Assembly (NCBI GenBank): GCA_002189035.1
Contig: NEEC01000008.1
Coordinates: 2,852,001-2,916,000 of the forward strand
DNA from: Utricularia gibba
Taxonomy: Eukaryota > Plantae > Magnoliophyta
Length of the DNA stretch: 64,000 bases
Direction of reading: 5' to 3'
Shown here piece after piece: positions 12,962-25,800 of this stretch (the stretch's first letter is position 1; every line of letters begins with the position of its first letter). A program made the position numbers and the translations under genes. Under the pieces are notes generated by a model that was not told the origin of the DNA, ran no database searches, and worked only from the letters and a program-made list of their open reading frames with translations.

Positions 12962-15900
12962 TAATGGAAACCAAAAAAAAAGAGAAAATGTAGAAGAAGA
13001 AGAAGAAGAAGCAGGAGCAGAGCGCCTGGTTTTTGCAGTGAGAGCTGCTATAAAGAAATTTTGGACCAAAAAAGTGCCGACTCTTCAAAGGGTGTCGTCT
13101 CTTTCTCGTATGGAACTGGAAGTGATGAGCCCACCTTCCTCGTGGCTCCCCGTTATCATCTTGAGGTCCGTAGCCCTCCTATGTAACCTCCGCCCAACCC
13201 TGCTTGCCGCCCACAGTCAGAATCAAAATGGCCCACTGCAAGTAGTCGCAGTAGCACCGACCGGTCGACCGGAGCAGTACAGGGATGATTCATTCATCTA
13301 AATGGGTAAGAATATTATTTCCTATAAAATATTATTGTTCTTTTAATCAATTTTTTAATTTTTTATTGTATTTTAAAAATAAAAGCTACTCTTTAATTAC
13401 TCTTGACATCATTGATCTAACTATTAGTTTCCACTAATTTAATTTATTTTGATTATTTAATAATTTGATGTAATTAATCGTAATTGTTCTAAAATTGTTA
13501 CAAAATTGATTTCTAATATTTTGGATATTAGTTGTCAACGATTTAATACCTATTATTTATATATATATGTTGATATAAATAATCATCAATGTTTTAAATA
13601 ATTAGTAATAATAGTGTTCAATTATTTATAAATTTGATAAGATTAATTTATAATCTTAATAATGAGAAATTGATTATACTCAACGTTAAAAGAACTAAAA
13701 CAGATAAAATATTAAAAAAATGAATTAATTATATTCGATTTGAAATTTTAAAAATTGATTTTACTAATAAATACGGAATGCATAATTTACATTAAAAGAT
13801 ATAAATTAATTTATCAAAATATTAAATTTTTTGATCTAATTTGATAGTAATAATAATAATAATGCTGCAAAATTGATATTTAAAAAAAAGAAATAAAAAT
13901 GCGTTGGGATTGCATTGTCAGGAGACGGCTGTTACGAATTTCAATTTCAAGCCTCTGGGCCCATGAACGTGAGCGTGTCTTGTTTTATCAACGTGGAATA
14001 ATCATAATAATAATAAGAATAATAATAATAAAATTCTTATTTGATTGTCGGCACGGCATGCTTTGCTATTTTCCACGCGGCTCCCACACAACCATGGGGC
14101 CCAGTTTGGATTCTTTCTTGACTAAGGACAACTGCTCTTCCATGGGCATACTTGTCATTTAACTACAGGTATACAGCCCCATCTAGAAAAGTGAACATTT
14201 TTTTTATTTTTGCTTGATATATTAAAAAAAATGAATATTGAATAATTTTTTTCGATGATTATTTTGGTAATTTACCCATCCACAGTCTAGGATTTAACCA
14301 ACTGTTGAGCATTGTGTGAAAGGAAAATGTTACCAACCGTAAAAAATGTTCCTTTTCCATTACAAGAATTTATTATTATTATTGTATTAAGTACACAAAT
14401 GAACTCAAACATGGTTTGGGATATTTTCACTGATTGAAGGGAGATTTCGGGCTTCGAAGAAACCTTGTACCTGTCATAAAAAAAGAAAAAAAATCTGTCT
14501 TGATATTTATGGGGATACATGGTTATATTACTGGCTGAGATTTTTCGAAAAAAATCTGAGGCTTGCGATTTTTTTGAGAGTTGGATTTGAGTAGAGGAAT
14601 AAATATCTGGTGACAAGTTGACGAGGGGTCCCTGTAGGAGAAAATGAATCCCCGAACTTTGTTGCTATCCCCCACCTAAAAATGGGATATATACGCATTA
14701 ATCATTGAAGATGAGGTCCGGGCTCTATGACGCTTCCCTCTCGTCGCGGTTAGGCTGATGGCTAGCGCATGGAGAATCATAACACAAATGCACAGACCCC
14801 AGCTGAATGCAGAATGAAAAGGAGCTGGTTTATCGTCTACACAAGGGCTTATTTGCAGCAGCAGACACGAGCATTAGTTGATTCTATTATAACAAATAAT
14901 CTCATATTATATATATAAGATATTATGAATCAGTTTAATTTAATCTTTTTTAATGCATATTTTTAATATAATTGTACTTCAAATGTACTGATCCAATCTA
15001 TTGAATCCTTAATTTTAACATGTTATTCGAGCATTTGTCTCTCACCAAGATCATTGGATTTAATCGATAAAAATTAAATCGATTTATGTCTTGATTACTA
15101 TTTATAGTTATATAAAAAAGATAAGTCTTAATCGAATCAAAAACTAGTTCGATTTGAGGATTGCAATATGGTGGAATGATAAACCGTAGAATTATTTTCC
15201 GGGTGATGCTACTCATTGCTTACTCCGGTGGACCATTTGATGCTGAGACCATTCTTTTGGTCGACGGGTCAGGGTTTTTAATTTTTGTACAAGTGATGTT
15301 TTTGGGCTTTTTGGCCTATTCTTTGGTGACTGCGAGGGATCCAATACAGGTTCTCGCTCTGCACCAGTCCATAATGGGCATCCCGCATTTGCAATCGTGG
15401 ATCGGGCAACCACAAAATCAGGTTTATATGTATATATTTATATTTATTTTTTAAAAAGAAGTAAACATAATTTTGATATTTTTTTATCATTATATGTGTA
15501 TATATTCATATTAGATTATTATTATTTAAAAAATAGTAAAATAAAACGATTTTTCGAATTTCGAGATTGTGGAATATTTTTTCTTCAAGATAATCCCCAA
15601 GAATATAGCAGGGGAAGAATCTCTACCACACAGGCAAACTCCGAGGCTCCACGCCACTCGGTAGGGATGCCCCAGTTCAGTATATCAAACTTTATAATAC
15701 GAGAATTAAAATTTGAGAATAAATATAAAATGATAGTTTTTTTTACAAGAATTAATTTTTTATTAATTATTTCATATATTAATTACAAAAAAGGTGTTCT
15801 TTCTCAAAAACCGCACCAGTTTCGCAAACTGCGATCCTTTCTATTGCCAGCCGTTGGCATTTTTTCTCGTGTCGGTTTGAAACAAGAATTTTCGCATGCT

Positions 15901-16032
15901 GAGTTCGCGTTCCTGTAAAACAGGAGCGTGCCACGTTTTCTTGAACAGAACCCGTCGATTAAAGAGCTCTGAGGCTCCGCCCCAGTGCGAGGACTACAGT
16001 CTACCGCACAGGATGCATCTTGGCAATTTGTC

Positions 16033-16085
16033 ATCCCACATCGAAAGCTGTCCGAATGGAAAAGAAAAACCAACAGTATTTAAAC
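16033..16085 (+). promoter_or_regulatory. snRNA-type USE (ATCCCACATCG) plus TATA-like box, with no recognisable snRNA downstream
   Basis: Exact plant USE consensus RTCCCACATCG at 16033-16043 and TATTTAAA at 16078, about 34 bp later (Pol II snRNA spacing). Confidence 0.3.
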
Positions 16086-17223
16086 CTTTTTATAATAGAA
16101 TCTAAATTAAAAATATATATTTGACATGTTAGATGGCAAACGCAAGCTCCGGATTATCGTCGGTTTTTTTTTTATTGAAAAACCTTCTCCACCAAAGGAA
16201 TGGTAAAACCGGTCAACTTTGGAGTAAGTTGACTGAGTCATGTTGTTAGGCAATGGGTTTGCTAGTACATTTGAAATTCATAAAAATTTCGGGTTTCGGA
16301 TCCGACTCAAAATCGAAATCTTCAACAAATAATAAAAATTCTGAAAAAATTCAAATTTCAAGTTGGAATTCTGTAAAAATATTAAACTGATAAATCAACA
16401 ATCGACAAATGAAAAAACCAAGAAATTACATGGCTTGTGAATTTGTGCGTACAATAAATAATGCATCCACTCCAAATTTGCTGTGCATGATTCCATGTCC
16501 ACCAAACGTGACCCAAGACACCACGATCCTCTCACCTTTGTGCCGTGTCTTTTGTCTTTATATTAGCGGTTAGGTAAGCCCGATGCCACGTGATCCGTAC
16601 ACTTCCATTATATTATGATAATAAAAAAAATGCATGCCATTTTTATCACACATTTCATATGACAAATTTTATAAATTAGGATTAAACTCAATCTATTTTT
16701 AGAAACGGGTTTCGTTTTTGCATTTGATTATGCTTGTAGTGAAACTTGTCACATGGATCAAGCACTTTGGGAATGGTTTTAGGAGCCGTGTTGTAATTAA
16801 TATTTTCTGCATTGTTAATGGAAAATAAGGAGAGGATATTGTTTTTGCATATTTAAAATCATAATTATATGTATATCTCTATTGACTTTTTTTATTGTTT
16901 TGTTCTAAATCTTTATAGATTTAGAAAATATGACTAATAATAAATATGGTAACTATGTTATTTACTATAAAAATCATTATATTTTTTTACTCCAAATATA
17001 AATCAATTTTTTTACAAAAGATATTATGCAGAAACATACTGTTAAATTTCAAGATTCCTTGCATTTGTTGTTCAATTGACTAGTGGTTTTACCCACATGT
17101 TTCACGATTTCTCGTACTTGTGGGTCCTTACATCACGAGGAGGAGTGGAATTGCATTCTATATATTGGAGAGCTCCACGGCCATTTTAGCATCCGAAGCA
17201 AAACTTGAAGGTGGTTTGCAGTC

Positions 17224-18545
17224 ATGGGATCATCGGGAATCGCGTCTCTGTCTGATGTGGAGGTTGCTTCCGATGAGGAGGCTTTCTTGTTTAGCTACAA
17301 GGTGGCCATCGCCTCTCTGCTTCCGGTGGTCATGAAGTGCGCCGTGGAGCTCAACTTGCTGGAGTTGATCAAGAACTCCGGCCCGGTTACAGCGCCGGAG
17401 CTCGCCAAGAAGATCTCCTCCGTTTCCAACGCCGCCGCTGCGGAGGCCATCGATAGGATACTTTATCTGTTGGCATGCAATTCGATCCTCCTCTGCGAAG
17501 TGACGCCGATATCCGGTGGCGGAGTGGAGCGCCGCTACTCCCTCGCTCCGGCCGCCCGGTTCTTGACGAAGAACGAGGATGGAGCCTCGCTGGTGCCCTT
17601 GCTGCTCATGAACGTTGAAAGAGCCTTCATGGACTGCTGGTATGGTGTCATCCTGTTCCCAAATTTCCACGTGCAATTATTCTCACATAAGCAAACACAA
17701 AGAAGTTTTCTATTGTCCAATTGTCTTGCTCCATTCTAGTTTTCTGCCATTTTCGTCTCCAATATTTTGGCTTCCCTTCCACCCTGCAACTACAGGTCTG
17801 GATTGAAGGATGCGGTTGTGGAGGGTGGGATCGCCTTCTCCAAGGCGCACGGGATGTCGTTTTATGAGTACCTCGACGGCCATTCTCATTTCCGAAACCT
17901 ATTCAACACCGGAATGTCGAACCACTCCACCATCATCACCAAGAAGCTGCTGGATTCGTACGACGGTTTCGACGGCATCTCGACGTTGGTCGACGTCGGC
18001 GGCGGCGACGGCACCACCCTCAGTATGATCATCTCCAAGTACCCTCACCTGCAGGGCGTCATCCTCGACCTGGAGCACGTCCTCCGCGGGACGCCATCTT
18101 ATCCAGGTATCCAAAACGTGGTCGGCGACATGTTCGTCAGCGTCCCAAAAGGAGACGCCATCTTCCTCAAGGTTAGACACTGCTTCTCAATCCCTACAGC
18201 GTCGAGTTGGGTTCATTCTAAATTAGGTCTCCTGATTCACATGCAGTGGATCCTCCACAACTGGAGCGACGCCCACTGCGAAAAGCTGCTCAAGAACTGC
18301 TACGAAGCCATCCCCCGTCCGGGAAAGTGATCGTGGTGGATTCCATCCTCCCCGACGCCCCTGACCTCTCCCTGGCCACCCAGAAGGTCGCCAACCTCGA
18401 CATCATCATGCTCGGGCTCTTCCCCGGCGGCAAGGAGAGGACAGAAGAAGAGTTCCGCACCCTCGCCGCCAGGGCTGGCTTCAAACACTTCCGGCGAGTC
18501 TGCTCTGCGTACAACCTCCTCTGGGTCATGGAGCTCACCAAATGA
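17224..18545 (+). CDS. COMT-like class II SAM-dependent O-methyltransferase, copy 1 (probably the functional copy; 1-nt frameshift in C-run 18312-18316)
   Basis: Exons about 17224-17640, 17797-18171 and 18247-18545. Dimerisation domain [12 protein letters not shown]; motifs [21 protein letters not shown] and GGKERT. The sister copy has C6 where this copy has C5. Confidence 0.88.
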
Positions 18546-19384
18546 AACCCACATGGGGCAAGCAGCAGTCGTCTTCTCCTTTCCGGTGTCCTTCTCTGTC
18601 ATGTCTTTATTTTGTTCTGTTCGGAGTGGGTGGATGTACCTCCCCGAAACTACTTACCGGCGACCATCACCATACCTTGGTCGAATGAATTAAAAAAATA
18701 AGATTTATTTTTTAAAATAAAAAAGGTTTAAAAAATATATAAAAATAATATATTGAAAAAAAATACCCAAACGAACTTATAAAAGAAGCGTTTCTATTGC
18801 AAGAGAAAAATCGTGCCAAGTATGAGGTTCCCATGGGCAGAGTATTCCAATGAATTGGAGCACGAAAAATAATGCCTATTTAATTCGCTCTTTTTGTTGA
18901 TTTTATATGAAAAAATGTTTAGTATGTGTATTTAATTTATTTGGATAATATGACACTTTTGTATTTAATATTATAAAAAAAAACTTTACACAGATTAATT
19001 TTACATTTATTATTTTATTAATCGCGTTTTCGAGAGTATCAATATTGATTCATCCAAAGTTAGGATTCTTCTGTTTTCAAATGGAGAAAAGTGAAAATAA
19101 ATAATTATGATAATTAAATAAAATTACAATCCGTGAAATGTTTTGGTTTTTTTTAGTTACATAAATGATTGTATTTAAGTTTTTAAAATTTTAATTTTTA
19201 TTTCTTTAAATTTAAAAATTATGCTTGTTTTACTAATGAAATAAAAAATTATATTATTCAATTTTTATACACATAAAAAAATTCATATATATTTACATTG
19301 AATTTATAATGAGTTGGGAATTTTCATCTCAACGTTTCTACACCCACTTTTTAAATGAATTACGTGTGGTTCGCCAAATGGAAT

Positions 19385-19880
19385 GGTTAGGGATGAAAGT
19401 TAAAAGCCCAAGCCCGTAGGCCGGCCTGGCCCGATCCTAAAAAACATCAGTCTTGGGCTTATATTGATAACCCGAAAGATTGTCGGGCTTTCTGGGCTGA
19501 AACCCTAAGCCTTTAGGGCCGATTAGGCTTCGGGCCTAGCACCAATTTAAAAATAGAATTTTTATATATAATAATTATAATTATTTTTAATTTTGAATAA
19601 TATAAATTTATTATACATATATTATTTTATTTTTATGATAGATAATATGAATTAATAATTTATATAATAATTTTAAATTTTTTTCTATAAATTATTTAAA
19701 TAATATTAAAATGTATATTAATATTTAATAATTTTTTAAAATTTTGTATTTAATAAGGGTAGTCCAGTCCTATGAATAATCAGGCTGGGCTACATTAATC
19801 ATATTTTAATGTAATCGGGGTGTATAGCGCGGCCCTAACCCGAAACTTGACGAGTACCTCTGAAGTAGGGCCAGCCTAAT
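19385..19880. mobile_element. Degenerate non-autonomous DNA transposon (MITE/hAT-like) between OMT units
   Basis: Begins TAGGGATG, has GC-rich ends full of GCCC/GGGC/CCCG repeats and a very AT-rich core. No clear second TIR or target-site duplication was seen. Confidence 0.4.
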
Positions 19881-20104
19881 TTTAAAAAAGTAGTACCAAA
19901 TATACATTAATTTACGTACTAATTTTCGTATCACTTCCATTCCATTTTGTTTTTGGTTGAATTATTTTTCACCTACTGTTTCCACCATTTTTGTGGGTCC
20001 GTACATCACGAGGATGGGTGGAATCCCATTCTATTTACTGGGGAGCTCCACACCCATTTTAGTATCCGAAACGAAGCAAAACTTGAAGGTGGTTTGTAGT
20101 AGGA

Positions 20105-21464
20105 ATGGCATCATCGGAAATCTTGTCTGTGTCCGATGAGGAAGCTTTGTTGTTTCGCTTCAAGCTGGCCACCGCCTCTCTGCTTCCGGTGGTCATGAAG
20201 TGCGCCGTGGAGCTCAACTTGCTGGAGTTGATCAAGAACTCCGGCCCGGTTACCGCGGTGGAGCTCGTGAACAAGATCTCCTCCGTTTCCAACGCCGCCG
20301 CTGCGGAGGCCATTGACAGGATACTGTATCTGTTGGCATGCAATTCGATCCTCCTGTGTGAAGTGACGCCGATATCAGGTGGCGGAGTGGAGCGCCGCTA
20401 CTCCCTCGCTCCGGCCGCCCGGTTCTTGACGAAGAACGAGGATGGAGCTTCGCTGGCGCCCTTGCTTCTCCTGAGCGATGAAAGAGCCTTCATGGACTGC
20501 TGGTATGGTGTCATCCTGTTCCCAGAATACCACGTGCAATTATTCTCACCTAAGCAATATGGTTTTTGTTGTCCAATTGCCTTGCTCTATCTTTTATATT
20601 TCTGGTTTTTTGCCATTTTCATCTCCAATATTTTGGTTTCGTTTCCACCCTGCAAATACAGGTCTGGATTGAAGAATGCGGTTGTGGAGGGTGGGATCGC
20701 CTTCTCCAAGGCGCACGGGATGTCGTTTTATGAGTACCTCGACGGCCATTCTCATTTCCGAAACCTATTCAACACCGGAATGTCGAACCACTCCACCATC
20801 ATCATCAAGAAACTCCTGGACTCGTACGACGGTTTCGACGGCATCTCGACGTCGGCGGCGGCGACGGCACCACCCTCAGTATGATCATCTCCAAGCACCC
20901 TCACCTCCAGGGCGTCATCCTCGACTTGGAGCACGTCCTCCGCGGGACGCCATCTTATCCAGGTATCCAAAATCCTCAACACCACGTATGATTCCCAGGT
21001 AATCAATATCCATCTTCCCCTCAGGGATCCAAAACGTCGTCGGCGACATGTTCCTCAGCGTCCCTAAAGGAGACGCCATCTTCCTCAAGGTTAGACACTG
21101 CTTCTCAATCCCTACAGCGTCGAGTTGGGTTCATTCTAAATTAGGTCTCCTGATTCACATGCAGTGGATCCTCCACAACTGGAGCGACGCCCACTGCGAA
21201 AAGCTGCTCAAGAACTGCTACGAAGCCATCCCCCCGTCCGGGAAAGTGATCGTGGTGGATTCCATTCTCCCCGACGCCCCTGACCTCTCCCTGGCCACCC
21301 AGAAGGTCGCCAACCTCGTTATCATCATGCTCGGGCTCTTCCCGGGCGGCAAGGAGAGGACAGAAGAGGAGTTCCGCACCCTCGCCGCCAGGGCTGGCTT
21401 CAAACACTTCCGGCGAGTCTGCTCTGCGTACAACCTCCTCTGGGTCATGGAGCTCACCAAATGA
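20105..21464 (+). pseudogene. COMT-like O-methyltransferase, copy 2, disrupted by a 10-bp deletion in SAM-binding motif I
   Basis: Four-exon structure with introns at about 20503-20660, 20963-21024 and 21090-21164. At about 20845-20855 it reads ctcgacgtcggcggc where copy 1 reads ctcgacgttggtcgacgtcggcggc, which shifts the frame. Confidence 0.85.
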
Positions 21465-22439
21465 AACCCAAATGGGGGAAGCAACGGTCAGTCGTCTTTA
21501 CCTTTCCGGTGTCCTTTTTCTGACATGTCTTTATTTTGTTCTGCTCGGAGTGGGTGGATGTACCTCCCCAAAACTACTTACCGGCGACCATCACCACACC
21601 TTGGTCGAATGCATTAAATGGAAAGCTTCTGTTGATTTGACACAAATTGGCCTACCAAAACATATTCATATAATTGTTTTACTTTAAATAATAATATATT
21701 TAAAATGTTTATTTTCAAACTAAATATATGCTTTTAACTAATTGGTCTATAGTTTTAAAGAATATGTATTACAATGTCCTTGTTATCCTCACATATATTA
21801 AAAAAATAAGATTTATTTTTCAAAATAAAAATGGTTTAAAAAATATATAAAAATAATATATTGAAAAAAAATACCCAAACGAACTTGCAAAAGAAGCGTT
21901 TCTATTGCAAGAGAAAACACCAGCCAAATATGAGGTTCCCATGGGCAGAGTATTGCAATGAATTGGAGCACGAAAAATAATAACTATTTAATTCGCTTTT
22001 TTGTTAATTTTATATGAAAAATAATGTTTAGTATGTGAATTTAATTTATTTGGATAATATGACACTTTTGTATTTAATATTATAAAGAACACTTTATATA
22101 GTTTAATATACATTTATTATTTTATTAATCTCGTTTTCTACAGTATCAATATTAATTATTTGTCTTAAAATAAATAATTATGATAATTAAATAAAATTAG
22201 ATAATTAGGATAAATTATTATTTTATTAAAATCAGGTATGAAAATACCCATATCTCCCTACGTTTAGGAGCGAGAAAATCGCCAAAACGGGCCGCTTGTA
22301 ATGAATTATATTTGGCCTAGGCCCATTTTCAGTAATTCTGGAGAGCGGCCGGGCCCAAAATTGGAAACCGGTCCACATTAATTTGCATTCTAATTTTAGT
22401 ATGAATTCCACTTGTTTTCCATTGATTTATGCTTCAACC

Positions 22440-22640
22440 AAATATTTCACAAATTTTTGTCTCTGTGGGTCCCAAACTCCACAGCCATTTCAGTATCGGA
22501 AGCAGAACTTGAAGGTGGTTTGCAGTAATGGGATCATCGGGAGGCCCTCGCCTCCAGGGCTGGCTTCAAATACTTCCGCCGCCTCTGCTCTGCATACAAC
22601 TTGTTCTGGTGGCCAGCAACAGTCCTCTTCTCCTTTACGG
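22440..22640 (+). pseudogene. Third OMT copy collapsed by a large internal deletion (5' start fused to 3' end)
   Basis: The leader and start gaaggtggtttgcagtaATGggatcatcggga join directly to gccctcgcctccagggctggcttcaaatacttccgccgcctctgctctgcatacaac, the last-exon end (ALASRAGFKYFRRLCSAYN). Confidence 0.85.
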
Positions 22641-22844
22641 GTGTGTTTTCCTGATTGAAACCAATATCTGGATTGAAAGAGAACCTCTTTTTTGGAGGTG
22701 GTCTGTTTTTCATTTTTAAGGATCTTACAAGTTTTTTCAAAACAGCCGTATCAAATTGTAGGACACAATGTGGTACTGCAAATTTGGAATTAGTGTATGT
22801 CCCCATGCCTCCAAATTTCACAGTAGGACATTAGAAGTGCTCAT

Positions 22845-25800
22845 TCATGGCCCCGGCTTGCGCTTTATGTTCAAGAAGTGCTCTACCTGAAAACCAAGGG
22901 GAAGCCAATACGAAAATGTAGAAGGCAGATGCTGTGTGGGGAAACGAGTATGCATTTTACAAGTCTAATGCTCACCTTTTTGTCACCCAGCATGGGGGTC
23001 AATCCTCCAGAAAAGTCGTCAGGTGCAAAGCTACCAGGATCGTTACTTTGCCTGGAATAATCAAATTCTTAACACCTTATTCCCAGTATGATTGCAAGCA
23101 AGAAAGATGAACAATTGAAACAGGATCATACCCGGGTTTAGCATGACCGCTGAGAACAAGATACGGTGTCTGCAATTTAGCTTGAGCTTCCCTCATCCTC
23201 TCTACCGAAAGAGATGGTGTATCAGCATTCTTCATTCTTTTCACCTTTAATTCCTCTTGATACTGCCGCATTCGCTTTTCTAGCTTCATTTTCCCAGGAC
23301 CCTTTCCATGGAACTTATGGGAGAGCTGCCTAAAAGACTCCTTTGGTGTCATCTGTTGAACACAGGTGAAGAAAGTCAGGATGAAAGCAGGTTGGTGTGT
23401 TGCTGTTCGGCACACACTTGGGCATATCTAAACAGGCAGCAGACCAGGTTTTATAGACAGGCGAATTACGAAGGGAGAGACATCCAACGAATCATCAAAA
23501 GAAGTTGACTTACTGTTCGGCCGTACTCATCTGTCCTCTCAATGCGTATTTCCCTAGCTTCATCACTGCCATGAATTTCACTGAGTTTACTTCTCTTTTT
23601 GTCCATGTTTCTACCACCCCATTCAACATTTTCCTTGAGTGTCCCTCTATCTTTCAGCAATTTAAGAGCACCTGCCAGACCCTTCCCAACTGATGCTTCA
23701 TGAATGGTACTATCAGGGATCACCTCTTCTTTGCTTTCAGCAGGAGCCTCCTGGGCGGTTTCTGTTACCTTTTCCCACTTGCTACTCTCATCCTCCACCT
23801 CCATCGCATCACCATCACTAGCTATGATGGGTTTCTCGTCCTCTTCCATGAAAACATCTTCACCCTTGGGCTTATTCTCTTCTGTTGGAGTAAGAAAATC
23901 CACAGTAAGCCTACCAAAATTGGCAAAAATATGAATAGAAACATGAAGACATTCAATTTTTATTAGAAAATGCTGGATGGAACAGCTATAAATGAATTGA
24001 ATCATGATAAAAAAAAAAAAAATGAAGATCCCTATTAAGGTGATGGATAGAAGGAGTGATTCGGTTGGAAAATATGTGATTTGGAAGGCTACAAAACCTT
24101 CATCAAGCTGGAGGCCCCAGACAAACTCTTCCATCTCTGTGAAGACAACCTTGTTTTCCTGTTGATCCCCCCACCCATACTCAAATTATTGGCTTCTAAA
24201 TTGCTGGAAGAGGTAGCTGAAAGTATATTTATCAACAGCGGAGGTTTTTCATTCTCTGGTTTCTTTTCAAGGGCTATTTTTCTAGCCCTTTGCAATGATT
24301 TCTGAAGGTCATCATCATCATCAGCAAATGCAAGATCATCGTCTTCTTTTCCTTGAGTGTGAGTCCCTTGCATCAGTCGAAGTGCTTTAGATGCTTCATC
24401 TGCTTTAGCATATGCTAACTGGTAAGCTTTATTTTTCATCTCAGCGTGAATCATTTCTTCTTTTTCTCTAAGGTTTTGCCTTCTTCCATCGTCCCGTGAA
24501 CCAAGATCATTAGAGCCTAATCCAGAAATTATTGCCTCTGCTTCAAGTGCATCAAGGTCCAACTTCTCCTTCTTCCTCATAGCTTTCTTTTTTTTTGGCT
24601 TTTTGAACTTTGCAACCATTTCTTCTTCAGTATAATAATCTGATGACACCTTGGTAGAAAAGTTGAGGTCTTCACCCTTGAATCTAGTGGACGCTCCATG
24701 GAGTCTTTTCCTAAGCTGTTAACATATTCTCAAAAATCATAAAAATGCTGTGGCATTACTAAAAAACGAATTTTAGACACCATGTGAGATAATTCAAAAA
24801 CACAAGAGAAATCAAGTTACCTCTTCCAGTTTCCTGTCAGCTTCAGCAGTGAAACGACCACTTGAATCGAGGGTCATCCACTGTCAGGAGGAAAGAAGCA
24901 ATGAATAGGGATATAATGAAGGTGAGTTCACGGAAGAAGACATCCAAGATTTGTGTAACATAAACCTCATCAACAACTGGGTCATCATACTGCGGTAATA
25001 TTCTCTTCTCGTTAGCAGCTTCATCATTGAACCTGTAAATAGGTGATAGGAAACAAATTTGATCGCATTTTACCCACAGAAGATAATCAACACCTATGGC
25101 AGGAAAATTGTACTTGTCATCATAAAGACTTGTTTTCTTTTTTGCAGCCTTGTAAGCTTCCTCCCTTCGCTTCTGCTCTCCAATTTCCACATTTTCCAGC
25201 ACATCTGTCTCTGGTATATACAATTTTAACGTCACCTTAGGATATCTGATTCCATAAAATACCAAATGGATGAAAAATCAGAAGAAAAGCTGGAAATGGA
25301 GAAAAAAAATACCACTAAATAGGTACCTTGATTGATATCTCCATCAGCCAGTATGCTCTGATCTTTGAGCGTAAGGACAATCGCCCCACCTTCGGCTACT
25401 CTCTCTAAACCATGCTGCAGAACTCTGACCCCGCCAAGATCTTATTTATGATCCATAAAAAACAAGCTTGATAAATGGAACTGTGCAAATCACATCCATA
25501 GGCTACAACAAATAACAATAACTTCCCATAGGAGTCCTAATGGACTTGCATGTATCAGGTTCAACAGATCATGAAATAAATGCATGTTAGAGGCCTTCTT
25601 AATGGATCAGAATCACAAAAAATTAATTTTCCATCTTCACATGAATACAGAAAATGGTTCATTAAACAATGTAAATGCTCAAAGAAAATATAAAAGAAAG
25701 TGGCATACCTGTTTGTGGTGCCTCCTCGTCACTTTCCTCATCATTGATGTTGTCCTGTAAGGAGAAAAAAGAATCCTTCCTCATCAGCAAACACACACAC

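Larger units (their letters stand above)
17085..22200 (+). repeat. Tandem segmental duplication carrying OMT copies 1 and 2 (about 17085-19130 and about 19957-22200)
   Basis: Promoter-proximal sequence, CDS, introns, 3' UTR and about 500 bp of downstream AT-rich sequence are near-identical between the units. Copy 2 has an extra segment at about 21620-21790. Confidence 0.9.

Noticed and set aside
15161-15918. 97-aa hydrophobic ORF and 173-aa ORF
   Set aside because: No recognisable motif; they run through AT-rich low-complexity sequence and are likely chance ORFs.
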